Assembly (NCBI GenBank): GCA_043228905.1
Contig: JBHGNT010000010.1
Coordinates: forward strand, 14,446,001-14,510,000
Length of the DNA stretch: 64,000 bases
Reading direction: 5' to 3'
DNA from: Azolla caroliniana
Lineage: Eukaryota; Plantae; Polypodiophyta
A model generated the notes under the pieces. It did not search any database. It saw nothing but the letters and a program-made list of their open reading frames with translations, and was not told the origin of the DNA. Positions 52,401 to 64,000 of this stretch are shown here, piece by piece; the first letter of the stretch is position 1; each line of letters starts with the position of its first letter. A program made the position numbers and the translations under genes.

Positions 52401-53713
52401 ACTAGGAGGGCATGTAAGGACTTAGATTTTGTCCAACATACGAAAGGGCGTGAGATGCTTGTAAGCTCGGGATCTAACATTAAGTCATTATAGAGATTTT
52501 TTAGAAAACTATGAATGCCTAGTTTTGGGGTATGTTTGGTGTATCTAAGTTTAAAGATTGTGGGGTTAAGGGAAGTAATAGTTTTGGGTTGATATAGGAG
52601 TGTTTTTCTAAGACTAAAAGGTATTTTCTTATAGCTTTTTAGTATAAAGGATGGAGGGTAACCACGGTTAACTAGTCTATTGAAAAAGAGTTTTTTCATT
52701 TGGTAGAAACCTAATGGGGTGCTTTCTCTAATAAGATATCTCTTCACTTCATTAGTGATAAAGTGTTGTTTCGTATGGGAAGGATGATCCGATGAAAAAG
52801 GCAAGTATTGGTATGAATTGAGAGGTTTTTGAAAACAATTGAATAAGAAAGATGAATTTTCGAGGTTGATCCATATGTCTAAAAAAGGTAGCCGAAAGGG
52901 GGAAGTTTGAATGGTAAGCTTGATGGAGTTATTTGTGTGTGAAGGGTAAAAGTCGAGATATTCTAAAAGTTGAGATTTGGTGCCTGTCCAGACCCCAAAT
53001 GCATCATCAATATAGCGGGTGAAGTAGAAGAGATGGGGGGGCGATGGTTGTAAGTTTTCGAGATATACTAAAAAGAGGCATGCATATACGACTGAAAAGT
53101 TGCTACCCATGGCCGTACCTTTTATTTGTTGGTAAACTACGTCATCGAAAGTGAGATAGTGATATTCTAAAATAAGGGCACTAAGGGTATAGATGAGATT
53201 TGTTTTCGAAGGGGAAAAGTGGGGGGTGATTAGACTACGTAGGGCTTGGAGTCCTAACTTAGGGGGGATACTAGGATAGAGAGATTCAACGTCAAACGTG
53301 AATAAGAAACTATTAGATGGTGGGTGTAGGTTTTCTAGTGATTGGATTAGTGTGTGAGAGTCTTTTAGATATTGTGGTTGGAGAAGGAGGATTGGTAAAA
53401 GTTGGTGGTGTAACCACTTCGATGTTTGTTCAAATAAGGAGTTATTATATGAACAAATGGGCCGGAAACCTATAGGTGTTTTGTGTAATTTAGGGAGGAA
53501 ATAGAGGTTGGATACTTGATATCCTTTTTTGGGTTTGTGGAGGATGAAATTAGCTTCAATTGGGGAAAGTGTACCTAAGTGGTTTGTTATTATGTTATTA
53601 AGGCGGTATAGTAACTCTTCCAAGGGGAAGTGGCTGACTCTCTTATAGGTGGTAGAATTCGAGAGGTGTTCTATGGCTTTGGTGTAGTATGTGTCTTTAT
53701 CTAGAACACATAC
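52358..53713 (-). CDS. PLE reverse transcriptase (open, 5'-truncated, no C-terminal GIY-YIG)
   Basis: VLDKDTY..K...L....Y, LYFLPKLHK..FRPI, LKDS, FDVESLYPSIP, GTAMGS, RYIDD, LPFLD, SSDHP, RGYP; the frame is open 30 codons upstream of the ORF-track start. Confidence 0.92.
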   Translation of the reverse strand, partial: VCVLDKDTYYTKAIEHLSNSTTYKRVSHFPLEELLYRLNNIITNHLGTLSPIEANFILHKPKKGYQVSNLYFLPKLHKTPIGFRPICSYNNSLFEQTSKWLHHQLLPILLLQPQYLKDSHTLIQSLENLHPPSNSFLFTFDVESLYPSIPPKLGLQALRSLITPHFSPSKTNLIYTLSALILEYHYLTFDDVVYQQIKGTAMGSNFSVVYACLFLVYLENLQPSPPHLFYFTRYIDDAFGVWTGTKSQLLEYLDFYPSHTNNSIKLTIQTSPFRLPFLDIWINLENSSFLFNCFQKPLNSYQYLPFSSDHPSHTKQHFITNEVKRYLIRESTPLGFYQMKKLFFNRLVNRGYPPSFILKSYKKIPFSLRKTLLYQPKTITSLNPTIFKLRYTKHTPKLGIHSFLKNLYNDLMLDPELTSISRPFVCWTKSKSLHALLVKTKFSKNPPKSPT

Positions 53714-53734
53714 TCAGATGGCATCATGACCTTT

Positions 53735-56110
53735 TTAGGTGCGAGGAAGGCTAACAATAAAATCCATGGATATACTTTCCCACTTATTATTGGGAATGTC
53801 CAAGGGATGTAAAAGTCCTGCGACTTTAAGTCGCTCGACTTTGTTAACCTGACACTGGTGACATTTAGTCACATAGCTATGTATGTCAGGACGTATCTTA
53901 GGCCAATAAATTTGCGTGGAGATGAGAACGAGTGTACGATGTATTCCAAGGTGCCCTGCTGAGGTTGCATCATGGCATTCAAAAAGAATCCTCTTTTTGA
54001 CCTCGGGTAAATCTGGAACACAAACCTTCCCATTACGGTAGAGCAAACCGTTAGCAATGTGGAAGTATTCCTTCGAGGATGTGGTGGTGTCTGTTCCAGA
54101 CTCAACTCTTGCCCAGTATTTTGCAAAATAACTGTCATCAGGATACTTTCCTCGAAGGTGATCATAAAGATATGATGTTATTTTAGTGAAGCTAAGCATG
54201 TTAACTTCATGGATGCGACTTAGTGCATCAACGACAGTGTTCATGGAACCTTTACGATATCGTATGGAAAAATCAAAGTCCTGGATGAGATCAGCCCATC
54301 GTGCCTTACGACCTTTCAGGTCTTGTTGGTCACAAAAATATTTCAAGGACTCGTGGTCCGTAGTTACCACAAAGCGATTTCCATAAAGATAATGGCGCCA
54401 TGTTTTGAGCGCCTGTATAACTACAAATAATTCCTTTTCTTGAACGGTATACCGACATTGAGCAGAATCAAGTTTCTTACTCTCGAATGCTATTGGTTTA
54501 CCATCTTGATACAAGACAACACCTATAGCATAATCGCTTGCATCAGTTTCAACCTCAAAAGGTTTTGAAGGATCAGGTAAAAGAAGTGAAGGAGCCTTGC
54601 AAACCAGGTCCTTGAGTTCCTTAAAGGCGAGGTCTAGTGTAGCATTCCACACAATAGGTTTTGTAGACTTACGTGTTTGACCTTTTAAAAGATCAATAAA
54701 CGGCGTCGTCAATTGGGAGTAATTACGAAGAGACTTTTGCAAAAACCCGACAAAACCAAGGAATGATCGAACTTCTCGAATATTCCGAAGAGTGGGCCAA
54801 AGCTTAATTTTCTCAATGCGAGAAGGATCAATTTCAACTCCTCGTTCGGTTATGAGATGTCCAAGATAAGTAATTGATTTCTTGAAGAACTCACATTTTG
54901 AGATCTTTGCATAAAACTGTTTGTCACGCAATGTTTGTAAAACAACGCGGACATGTCTAGCATGTTCTTGTAATGTACGGCTATAAACTAAAATATCATC
55001 CAAGAAAATAACGACAAATTTTCCAAGTTGTTCTCGGAAAATGTCATTCATTTCTTGTTGAAATGTAGCCGGAGCATTGGTCAAACCAAAAGGCATAACC
55101 AAAAACTCATAATGGCCATAGCATGTACGAAATGCCGTTTTAGGAACATCGTCCTCACTTATTCGTATTTGATGGTAGCCAGTACGGAGATCAAGTTTCG
55201 TAAAATACCGAGCTCCTTGGAGATGGTCAATTAGATCGTAAGCCCGGGGCAATGGGTACGAATTCTTGATCGTCACTTTATTCAAGCGTCGGTAATTAAT
55301 ACACATACGCCATGTGCCCTCTTTCTTTTTAACCAAGAGAACTGGTGCACCCCATGGAGATTTACTATAACGTATATAACCCATTCGTAAATAGTCCTTG
55401 AGTTGCTTAAATACCTCATCTTCTTCGGATCGACTTAAGCGATATAGAGGTATACTTATTGGTGCAACACCAGGTACAATATCTATACGATGGTCTATAT
55501 TACGTTTAAGAGGTAACCCATCAGGTAGTTCATTTGGAAAAACATCATGAAAATCATTTAAGATTTCATCAAGTTGTTGTTGTTCAAAATATGTTAATTG
55601 AACCGGGACATTATCGATATTGTAAACGTGAATGTCCGGATCAAGTACACAATAAAATAACGTAGAACAAGACAACTCGGATATTGATGGACACGAGGAA
55701 ACAATCGAGAGGGATTGTTTTTTTACACATTGAATAAATTGCGTACAATCGTTCAGTACAAAAGAAATGGAATGGCGAACCCAATCAATGAATAAAGAAG
55801 AGTTTTTATTATAAAACCAGGGATAACCTAGTATTACATCGGTGGTACAAAGATTCATTACATGGAAGTCTACTTCCTCTATATAAGTATCAATAGAAAT
55901 TCCTAATGAATGAATCGCCCCGTTGATGTATTGTACTCTTCCATCAGCCAAGTGCACCGTGTAGGTGTGATCACTTACGGTGGGTTGGATTCCCCATATC
56001 TGAACCAGACGACCATTCATAAAATTGTGTGAGCTTCTCGAATCAAATAAAAATTGTACGGGAGATCCATTGATATACCCGTTTGCACGTAGTAAATCAT
56101 TGGGACCCAA
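53735..56110 (-). CDS. G6 pol (protease-RT-RNase H-integrase N-terminus)
   Basis: [51 protein letters not shown] integrase zinc finger, WESISMDF. Confidence 0.9.
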   Translation of the reverse strand: MGPNDLLRANGYINGSPVQFLFDSRSSHNFMNGRLVQIWGIQPTVSDHTYTVHLADGRVQYINGAIHSLGISIDTYIEEVDFHVMNLCTTDVILGYPWFYNKNSSLFIDWVRHSISFVLNDCTQFIQCVKKQSLSIVSSCPSISELSCSTLFYCVLDPDIHVYNIDNVPVQLTYFEQQQLDEILNDFHDVFPNELPDGLPLKRNIDHRIDIVPGVAPISIPLYRLSRSEEDEVFKQLKDYLRMGYIRYSKSPWGAPVLLVKKKEGTWRMCINYRRLNKVTIKNSYPLPRAYDLIDHLQGARYFTKLDLRTGYHQIRISEDDVPKTAFRTCYGHYEFLVMPFGLTNAPATFQQEMNDIFREQLGKFVVIFLDDILVYSRTLQEHARHVRVVLQTLRDKQFYAKISKCEFFKKSITYLGHLITERGVEIDPSRIEKIKLWPTLRNIREVRSFLGFVGFLQKSLRNYSQLTTPFIDLLKGQTRKSTKPIVWNATLDLAFKELKDLVCKAPSLLLPDPSKPFEVETDASDYAIGVVLYQDGKPIAFESKKLDSAQCRYTVQEKELFVVIQALKTWRHYLYGNRFVVTTDHESLKYFCDQQDLKGRKARWADLIQDFDFSIRYRKGSMNTVVDALSRIHEVNMLSFTKITSYLYDHLRGKYPDDSYFAKYWARVESGTDTTTSSKEYFHIANGLLYRNGKVCVPDLPEVKKRILFECHDATSAGHLGIHRTLVLISTQIYWPKIRPDIHSYVTKCHQCQVNKVERLKVAGLLHPLDIPNNKWESISMDFIVSLPRT

Positions 56111-58224
56111 TACATAGTGAGGGAAAGAACATTGGCAATTACTTAAATGATGTGTATAGACCTGAAGGACATTAGGAATCTGACCTTTATGGTCTGCAAC
56201 TTTAGCTTTGTTGTCGTGCTCTTTCCGTTGGAGCTTTCAACATTGATTTTTTGTATGACCCTTCTTTTTGCAGAATACGCAAAAAGGATGTTGTCGCTTA
56301 CAATCGCGATCCAGGAATTCGTTGGGTGTCTTGCGTTTCCCAACAAATTGCGACTGCTTAGTCCCGGGCGCTTCGTTGGGTTTGTTGTGGTCCTTCTTCG
56401 AAGTGCGTTGATAGCGAAGAACTATTTCAACGGCCTCTTCGAAGGATTTTGGATCCTTATCGTGCACTATCCAGTGATAGTCCGAATTGGGGATGCCATT
56501 GACAAAACAAGCTATCAACCAATTGTCCCCTTCTAGACCCGATTTTTGGATTTGGGTTCTAGCATGGTGAACATAGTCTTCTAGAGAGGAAAATTTCCTG
56601 CTAGAGAGGTTCATTAAAGCTTGTGCTGCCTTGGTTCGAGAGGGAGGTTGCAGAAATTGGCCCTTAAAAACCATGACAAAATCTGTCCAGGTATCGGGCA
56701 ATTTCCCCATAGTACGGAGCCCACGCCACCAGGCGGCGGCCTTACCCCCGAGTTCTCGGTCGACATATGCAATCTTCGTACTATCTGGCGTGGGATAGAG
56801 CTCAAAATGAGACTCCCATCGTCCCAGCCATGTGCAGATTGCTTCTTCGGTTCTTTCCTTTTTGTCTCCCGTAAATGGCTTAACGACAAATGATGGTTCA
56901 CCTTGTCGCTCATCAGGTCTATTAGTCTCACGTTGTAGACTAATGACACGTGCCTCAAGAGCACTCTAAGATTGCCGAAGTTCGGTCATCTGTTGAGCAG
57001 TGAAACTAAGGTATTGGGTTATTTGTGCCAAATACATCTCAGTGGACATTTGTCCAAGAGGATTCCCTTGAGTTCCTTCCGCTTGAGCGGATGACATCGG
57101 GTCGTTAATTTGAGCCATTAAAGATTATTTCTGGAAAAGAAATAGGATAAGGTCAGAGAGATAGTCATAACATCATGTCGTGATGTAAACATATCATGGG
57201 CAAACATTAATCAATATCATGATCTCACGTCAATACCCCTCTAGACGTATGAGATGAGGTTCAAGATCAAGTTACTATGGTAACACAAAGGTGTTTTAAA
57301 AACCATGGGGGCGACAAATAAATGTCTTTCCCTGATCTCTATATCGATTTTTTCATGGTGGCTCCCCGAGGCTCAACCATGTATGTTCGCGTCATGAATA
57401 GTTTATACACGAAAAAAATGTTAACAATAAACTATGTTTCGGTGCCCACATATGTGGTTTCGGCTCTTTAAGTCCTATTACGAGGACCCCGAGGTGCACT
57501 TAGAACTTAAGTCTAAACATGTGTTATAGTCATATGTATCAAGGATGTTGTATGGTCTTGGTCATATTTGAACTCGAGACCTCGAGAACAAATACATTAA
57601 ACACTTGAGCCAACCAAGTTGCTCTTCTTGAATGCTTAATGTTTGATGCGTATAAGAGATATGCGAGATCATATATGTTTTTTCTAAAAGAACATATATG
57701 TCAAGGGTCCTTATTTCGCCCTCATTTACCAAAACTATGTTGGTACGTTACCTAACCTCAAGTCTCGTAATTACGATGGCATACGCCAAAGTGCAACCTA
57801 ATGGTCAAGCCAAATGAGCCCTCGTTTCGTAGTAGGCTCACGTGGCCCATCACATGGTCACGTCATTACGAATGCCTCTCGTAAGAACGAGCTCATGGTG
57901 GCATCGTATCCATGTAATGAGGGAGGGATGTTGGATACGTGTGTCATTGGAGCGACCTCACTTGACATGTGTCAAGCCCTACGTACTCAACATCATTATG
58001 GCTATAGGCGTTTCTTTACGTAACGAAATCGAGGTCATCAACGGGGTTGTCAACAATAAAAAATTGGACATCCTTTTCCCGACAAGGACAACTTTCGAAA
58101 TAATCACGTAATAATGAATATACACATATGTTTACTTATCACATATATACGATCAAAAACGTATATACGTGACCACATATGCCTATATTAACATATCGTT
58201 ATATTAAATAGCCACAAATGATGT

Positions 58225-58490
58225 GATCGAGATACGTAATTGAGGTATATAGCTCTACGCACACGAAACATCCACAAATAAGAGATCATCGTAATACGCA
58301 ATTGAGGTATTGACCTCTTACGCATACGAGACCAAACGCATATCCTTTACAACAAATCAAGGTATTAAACTCATACGCAAACGTAACATATGTTCGTGAA
58401 CGTAATACGTAATTGAGGTATTAACCTCGTACGCATACGACACTCATCACATATTATTTATATGTCAAACAAGGTATTGACCTCGTGCAC
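58225..58490. repeat. Degenerate ~55-65-bp repeat array in the G6 leader
   Basis: Core (atacgtaattg)aggtatt(g/a)acctc..cgca recurs about five times. Confidence 0.75.
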
Positions 58491-60701
58491 ATATGTAAAT
58501 GTTTTAGATAATCAATTAAAGACCACTACAACATCATTGACTTAATGAAAAAAATTGACATATAAACTAAACACATGATTAGATGGGAGAAGAGAGAATA
58601 GAAAGAAAAATTATGGAAAGAGTTACCGAAGTTCTTTGTTGATCGTTGTCTGGATCAAGGCCGACCGCACATCGATCGATTAGCATCAATCAAAAGACAA
58701 ATGAAAAACAAAGAAACATTAGTACATAAATCTAATACCAAATATTAAAGATCTAGGTACTAAAGTAAGCTTAAGATAAGGATAAAGTAATGATAGATAG
58801 AAAGGAGAAAGAGAAAGAAGGGTGCCGATCCACCCGACCACCCCTGAGCGAAGGGATCGAGACGGACTCGAGCCTCGATCGGCGTCCCATACCACCGCCG
58901 TGGCGTCGAGTCGTACCTGGTGCTGGCGCGCTCGCTACAAGAGTTGACCCACCACAAGAGCAGAGTCTCGATGTAGTCAAAAGATGATCAAATGAGGGTA
59001 GCTAGGCCTCTTATTTATAGCGATACCCAAGGCCCCCAGGCAAGTTCACACTTGACCTAATGGGTTGTCTCAATCCCGAGGATTAAAAGTAATCCTCCCC
59101 TTCTTTACACTCTCGTTTAACCCTCACACTTATCCACATGTATAGAATACTACGGTAAATTCTCACCATGGGATATTAAATGGTCATGCCCGTAACAACT
59201 ATGTTCGGACATGTCATACATATTGTAGGGCAAAGATGCCAAGACATCATCCATATGGTTTATTGGAACCATTGCCAATTCCAAGTAAGCCATGGCAATC
59301 CATTTCTCTAGATTTCATCACAGATCTTCCAGTTTCAAAGGGATTCGACGCGATCTTAACAATAGTAGATCGATATACAAAGATGGCATATTTTCTACCT
59401 TGTACTAAGGAAATCACTAGTGAAGAAACTGCCGAAACGGTCATGCGAGAGGTATGTCGGCATCATGGCCTCCCCAATAGCATCATCAGGAATAGTGGAC
59501 CCCAATTCGTCTCGAAATTCTGGAAGCATCTCTTCAAAATGCTCAAGGTCACTTGTACTCTCTCCTCCGGCTGTCACCCGCAAACAAACGGACAAGCAAA
59601 ACGAACGAATCAAATGCTGGAACAATATCTTCTGTGTTTTCTAAGCTATCAACAAGATGACTGGGCGAATATTCTCCACTTTGCAAAATTTGCGTATAAT
59701 AAGTCTGTCCACTCACCAACTAGGGTTACACCATTTTATGCTTATTCGAGCTATTATCCCCGGTGGTGTGTATTTGAAACTCCGGAGTTACCCATAAATC
59801 CTTCTGTAGAGGATCGTTTGGAGCAGCTACGCAAGATACAAGCAGACTTATCTACTCATTTACAACAAGCTCAACAAACATAGAAGGATTGTGCGGATCA
59901 TCATCTGCTTCCATCTAGTTTTAACGTTGGAGATCGGGTATGACTATTAGAATTACACATCAAGACAACTCGACCATGCGATAAATTGGATTATCGGCGA
60001 TTAGGTCTTTCGTATTATCGGAAAAATTAATGATGTCGTTTTTCGTCTCGATCTACCTTCGCAACTACGGATACATCCGGTTTTTTATAGTTCTCTTTTC
60101 GAACCGTATCATGACAACACTATTCCGAATCGTATTATACCACCTCCACCCTCGATCGAGCTTGAAGTAGGACCGGAGTATGAAGTAGCTACCATCCTTG
60201 ATTCCAAGATTTTTCACAACAAGTTCTAATATTTGGTCAATTGGCTAGGCTATAGTCCAAGTGAGCGTACTTGGGAACTAGTCAAGAATGTGGTAAATGC
60301 TCAAGCTCTTGTTGAGGACTTTCATCGACGATATCCTGACAAGCCAAGTCCTCCATCTAAGACGACTCGTAGCACTCGTCATCTTAAGGGGGAGGTAGTG
60401 TCATGATATAGCATGATATGGCTTCAAAAGGATTTGAACCCAAGGCGAAAGCCTTACCATTAAGCTATAAGTTGTAATACAGAATATATTATTTCCATTT
60501 ATTATTTCACTTAGGAAATCCATGTATATTCTAGATTTCTTTGGAACATTCTAGAAATATCAAGAGTATTCCTAAAGCCACTATAAAAAGAGGCACATGG
60601 CATTATCAAGAACCAAATTGATTCAACGTCCGTCTTAAGCCTCCTAGTTGTTCTTGTATCTTTCTTTTTATAAGATAATATACTTCTTGTTGTCATCATT
60701 A

Positions 60702-60733
<32 letters not shown>

Positions 60734-60838
60734 CTCTCACGTGGTTCTCACACACTCTTTCCCTTCTTAGTACTAATCCTCATTCTTCTCCTCTACCTTT
60801 AGTACTAATTCTCCTTGCCTCTAGTACTATCCTTGACA

Positions 60839-61755
60839 CCCTTCCAACTGCAGTTGCACTTGTCATTGGTCATCTTCAAATCCGTTGAGGAGCTTCCGGA
60901 CAACCTCCAATTGCGTTTCGGTCAGGGCATACAAATCATCTGAAAACTCTTCTCGGATGGTGTCTATACTTTCCTCGTCCATCTTGTAGAAGTTGTCGTC
61001 GGCTTTCTTCTGGTTTTTAGCATCAACCTGGAGGATCTGGAGTTTAGCCAACTGTTTCGACCACTGATTCCACACCACCGCAAAACAATCGTCTATTTTT
61101 ATTTTCATTGATGATCACCCGAAGGATCCTTCCAAGCATCGCCGATTATCCAGATGTGCTTGATGCCCATTTTGACCTTGTCCTCTGTGGCCTCTTTTTC
61201 CTTCTTTAGCTGCTTTATTAGGGTTATCGTTGCTGTTGCTTGCACTTCATAATCCATGATCCGGGTTTGGTAGGTTGTCTGTACTTTATCCAACACCACC
61301 TTTGACCGTTCGACCACCTGATTATGCTCCAACAATAGCTCCCTCCTTTCTTTCACCGCTTCCTCCAACAACTTCGGCGTTGTTTCTGCTTCTTCGGTTT
61401 CCTGGTGTGCCGTCTCCGCTCGTTCCACCTGTTCCTGTTCTCTATCCCGCCTCCGCAGCTTGATCTGAATGGGTTTTGCCGGCCTGACCGGTTCTTCTCT
61501 CTGTTGTTCCACCACGAGTTTTGCTTTGGCGGAATGCCTTCGCCGCCCATCTGGGAGCATGCTTGGCTAGTAGATGTTGCCATTTTGATGGTTGTTGTGG
61601 AATTGTTTCTGCCCGTGCCCTCTTCTTTGGCTTGATGGTGCGTGTTGGTGGCACGAGAACTATCAGCCATTGTGTGACTCCGGTCCACGCCTTCTTTCCG
61701 TCTGCCACCGTTGAGATTGTTGTCCGAAGTGAGTCCGCTACAATCAAGGTGTGAA
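60839..61755 (-). pseudogene. Accessory coiled-coil ORF fragment similar to X1 ORF B
   Basis: KIDDCFAVVWNQWSKQLAKLQILQVDAKNQKK..IREEFSDDLYAL..LLNGFEDD aligns by eye with KVEEALTRGWQEWSAQTSELLIFRADTQNRKK..LREDLTDEYQAL..LLEEFNDN. Confidence 0.65.
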
Positions 61756-63123
61756 TGTTAACGTGCAGAAGCGTTAGACCGAACCGGCTCAGCTTAAGAT
61801 GAAGGTTTAATGGAGAAGCTTAATACACAGAGAGTATACGTGGGAGAGACAGAGAGAGCAGAACGTAAACGTAGATTCAAAATAATAAAAACACTATGTA
61901 CATAGAATGTGCTCAAAGAGCACTTTTATACAAGTCCATAAAGGACTGACAGAAGTACTGACAAGTACTTCAATATTCCTATGTGCGACTGACACTAACT
62001 ACAAGACAATTATTACCTAGTAGTCTAGGCTACTACTAGGTTTCCGGTTCCCGCTCGAATACGGCTCTCTGATCCGTCTCCCTAATCCGGCCTGTTGTTT
62101 CCGGAAACCGATCCGGATCCGGTTGAGCTTGCTCGCTCAACACTCCCCCTCAAGCTCAACTTGAGGTCGGATCATGGTGTTAGTGTCTGTGGCAGCCGGT
62201 TCTTCTACCCGGCTCCTTCTGGCGTTTCTTCACCTTGCTCGCGCGCCTCGTCCAATCCGGTCCTCTTTGTCGCGACCCTTCTAGTTCTACGCACCTCGAC
62301 CTCCTCGGTCGGCTTGTCTGCTCAACATGCCCATTTTAGCTCCCTCACTGTTGCGACTTCGGCCCTTGTCGACCCGTTGGTTCCTTCGTGTTGGGGCCAA
62401 CATCCGCTGCGTCTGTGTCCACTTGGCCTTTAGTCGATCCGGCTCCTTCGAATCCAACTGTTGAAGTGAATCGGTTGTCTCCGATTCGTTCCCACCCTTG
62501 TCCGAGTCGGTGTTCTCCAACTAGTCTTCCGGTTTTAGGCCCTTCACCATGTCAGACCATGTTAGGGTTTTGGCCTTCTCCTTCCAGTTGGCTCTGTCCT
62601 TCTTGACTCTACCGCCACTGCCGCTCGTTCCGACTTGTTCGGATGTGTTGACTTCCTTCGTTGACTCGGCCCCCTTTTTCCTCTGGTCTCCTCCTTTGTT
62701 GGTTCTTTCTTCCTCTCTGACTCCTTGTCCGGTGCCATCCGATCCCTTTCCTGTTCTCCCCCTCAAGTGTGGCATATCGAGATGTTGAATGCCGAGCATC
62801 TCCAAGAAGTGTTGCAACTTGTCCGATCCGAGCAGTTTGGTGAAGATGTCGGCAACCTACCGATCCGTCTGAATATACTGAAGTTCGACTTCACCGCTCA
62901 GGACCCGCTCACACACGAAGTGATAATGCAATTCTATGTGCTTCGTTCAAGCATGGAATATGGGGATCTTGGCGAGCTGTATGTTGCTCATGTTGTCACT
63001 GTGGATCAGGGTCGGGGTTGGGACCTCGATCCGAAGATCTCGCAGCAGTCGCCGAAGCTAGATGGCTTCACAGGTGGCATTGGTAGCGCCCTGGTATTCA
63101 GCCTCAATGCTCGACAGAGCCAT
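61756..63123 (-). mobile_element. Copia D 3' remnant: LTR 61756-62142, PPT, 3' extension, RNase H end
   Basis: TGTTAA...TCAACA; ttgagggggag next to the LTR; RTKHIELHYHFV and ADIFTK-like RNase H end at ~62800-63000. Confidence 0.8.
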
Positions 63124-64000
63124 TGTGAAGAGAAGAATGCGGAATATTGCTTGGCCACAACCGAGACTTGAATCATTTCACTGAGAATGAAACACAGAAA
63201 TGGGAAGTGGAGAGTACACAAAGGAAATACAGACGATGTTTACGTTGTCGTAGTGTAATTCGCACACTACGTGAAAAATTACATTTTTGGTCTCTCCGGA
63301 TAAGGCATGGAGTACCCGGTGAGAACCGGAAGGAGGAACCGGTAAGGATAGAAACCGGTAAGGAGACCCAGCAAGAGCCGGATGAAGAAGGCCGGTGAGA
63401 GTTGGTGAGAAATGGACGAAGAGATCGGTAAGGAGGTCCCGGTAAGAACCGGACAAAGAAAACTAGCAAGCACCGGATGAAGCAGAACCGGAAAGAGCCG
63501 GATGAAGAAGGCCGGTGAGAGTCTCTCACCGGATGAAGAGACATATTTGTAAATAGAAGAAAGTATAAATATATATATATATTACATGCATAGGGCAAGA
63601 TTCGAACCTTGCACCTCCATGTTAATAATGTTAAGCCTTATCATTATACTAGCGTATTATGAATTTTAAAGTTATACTAAACTTTATCCCATGTAAAATT
63701 TCTAGACATGCATGGTACAAAAAGTTATTCATGCATAGACACTCGAGTTAAAAGAAAAGATGAGATAGAAAGCTAATCATGCACATATAGTGTGCATGAA
63801 AACTAAAGATAGGAAAAGCATGATGCTTGCATGAGATAAACTTAGACTCTTCCAACACTATATAAGGAAGAAAGAAAGATGTATAGAGGTTGTTGATTAT
63901 TTTACAAGGGTTGATTAATATAAAATAATCGTGGGATTCACGAATTTACTAACTATTCTTTCTCTCTTAATTTGATTACTCACTAATACACTATACTCGT
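63124..64000. mobile_element. Mosaic of LTR fragments (Copia-like LTR start at 63124; Copia B-like piece ~63310-63555; probable chromovirus-type LTR piece with tRNA-like module from ~63590)
   Basis: TG start at 63124; ccggtgagaaccgg...gaagagacatatttgtaaata matches the Copia LTR text at 42045-42080; boundaries unresolved. Confidence 0.55.

Larger units (their letters stand above)
51701..53714 (-). mobile_element. Penelope-like retroelement (PLE), 5'-truncated, inserted into the G6 integrase
   Basis: PLE-type RT ORF, 3' region with hammerhead ribozyme; host integrase resumes on both sides (KGHDAI | SKMARFI) with ~20 bp of target apparently lost and no TSD. Confidence 0.9.
50247..59197 (-). mobile_element. 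Gypsy G6, young full-length chromovirus (iMet-type PBS, C-terminal chromodomain); LTRs 50247-50701 and 58743-59197
   Basis: TSD ACTAT (50242-50246, 59198-59202); 455-bp LTRs with about 3 differences seen; PBS tggtattag; PPT aaagagggggagta; gag from 57118; pol 53735-56110 (FLDD); integrase/chromodomain 50688-~51700. Confidence 0.96.
49072..60838 (+). mobile_element. Gypsy G5 (Tcn1-like chromovirus), internally deleted, interrupted by G6; 3' LTR 60399-60838
   Basis: Protease end HNPNIDW; RT fused to RNase H by deletion (FFTKIDSFTQWRH); integrase split at 50246/59198; chromodomain ~60180-60340; PPT aagggggaggtag. Confidence 0.88.

Noticed and set aside
58225-58490. Repeat-spacer-like array resembling CRISPR
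   Set aside because: Degenerate repeats with related spacers in a retrotransposon leader, eukaryotic context, no cas genes
60839-61755. Direct continuation of X3 after removing 41994-60838
   Set aside because: No matching TSD, and the peptides at the two junctions appear to overlap in position, so this is more likely another family member

Overview
Land-plant nuclear DNA, probably a fern or other seed-free plant (inferred from the PLS-type PPR fragment, Tcn1-like chromoviruses and intron style). Bases 1-6.1 kb hold the 5' half of a minus-strand DDX3/Ded1-type DEAD-box RNA helicase gene, which continues off the left edge; a hAT MITE lies just upstream of it. The other ~56 kb is a nested transposon stack that can largely be rebuilt from LTR termini and target-site duplications (TSDs). 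It contains several Ty3/Gypsy chromoviruses, several Ty1/Copia elements, a solo LTR, a 14-kb hAT transposon carrying a PPR gene fragment, and a young Penelope-like retroelement with a hammerhead ribozyme inside a Gypsy integrase. The most unusual signal is a non-chromovirus LTR family seen with three unrelated LTR sequences. It has no polypurine tract (PPT); instead a conserved, structured tRNA-3'-end-like module ending in CCA sits 2 nt before the 3' LTR, an inverted second primer-binding site (PBS). Also notable are tRNA-like A/B-box modules inside chromovirus LTRs and a Tf1-type self-priming signature. All coordinates were read by eye and may be off by a few bases.
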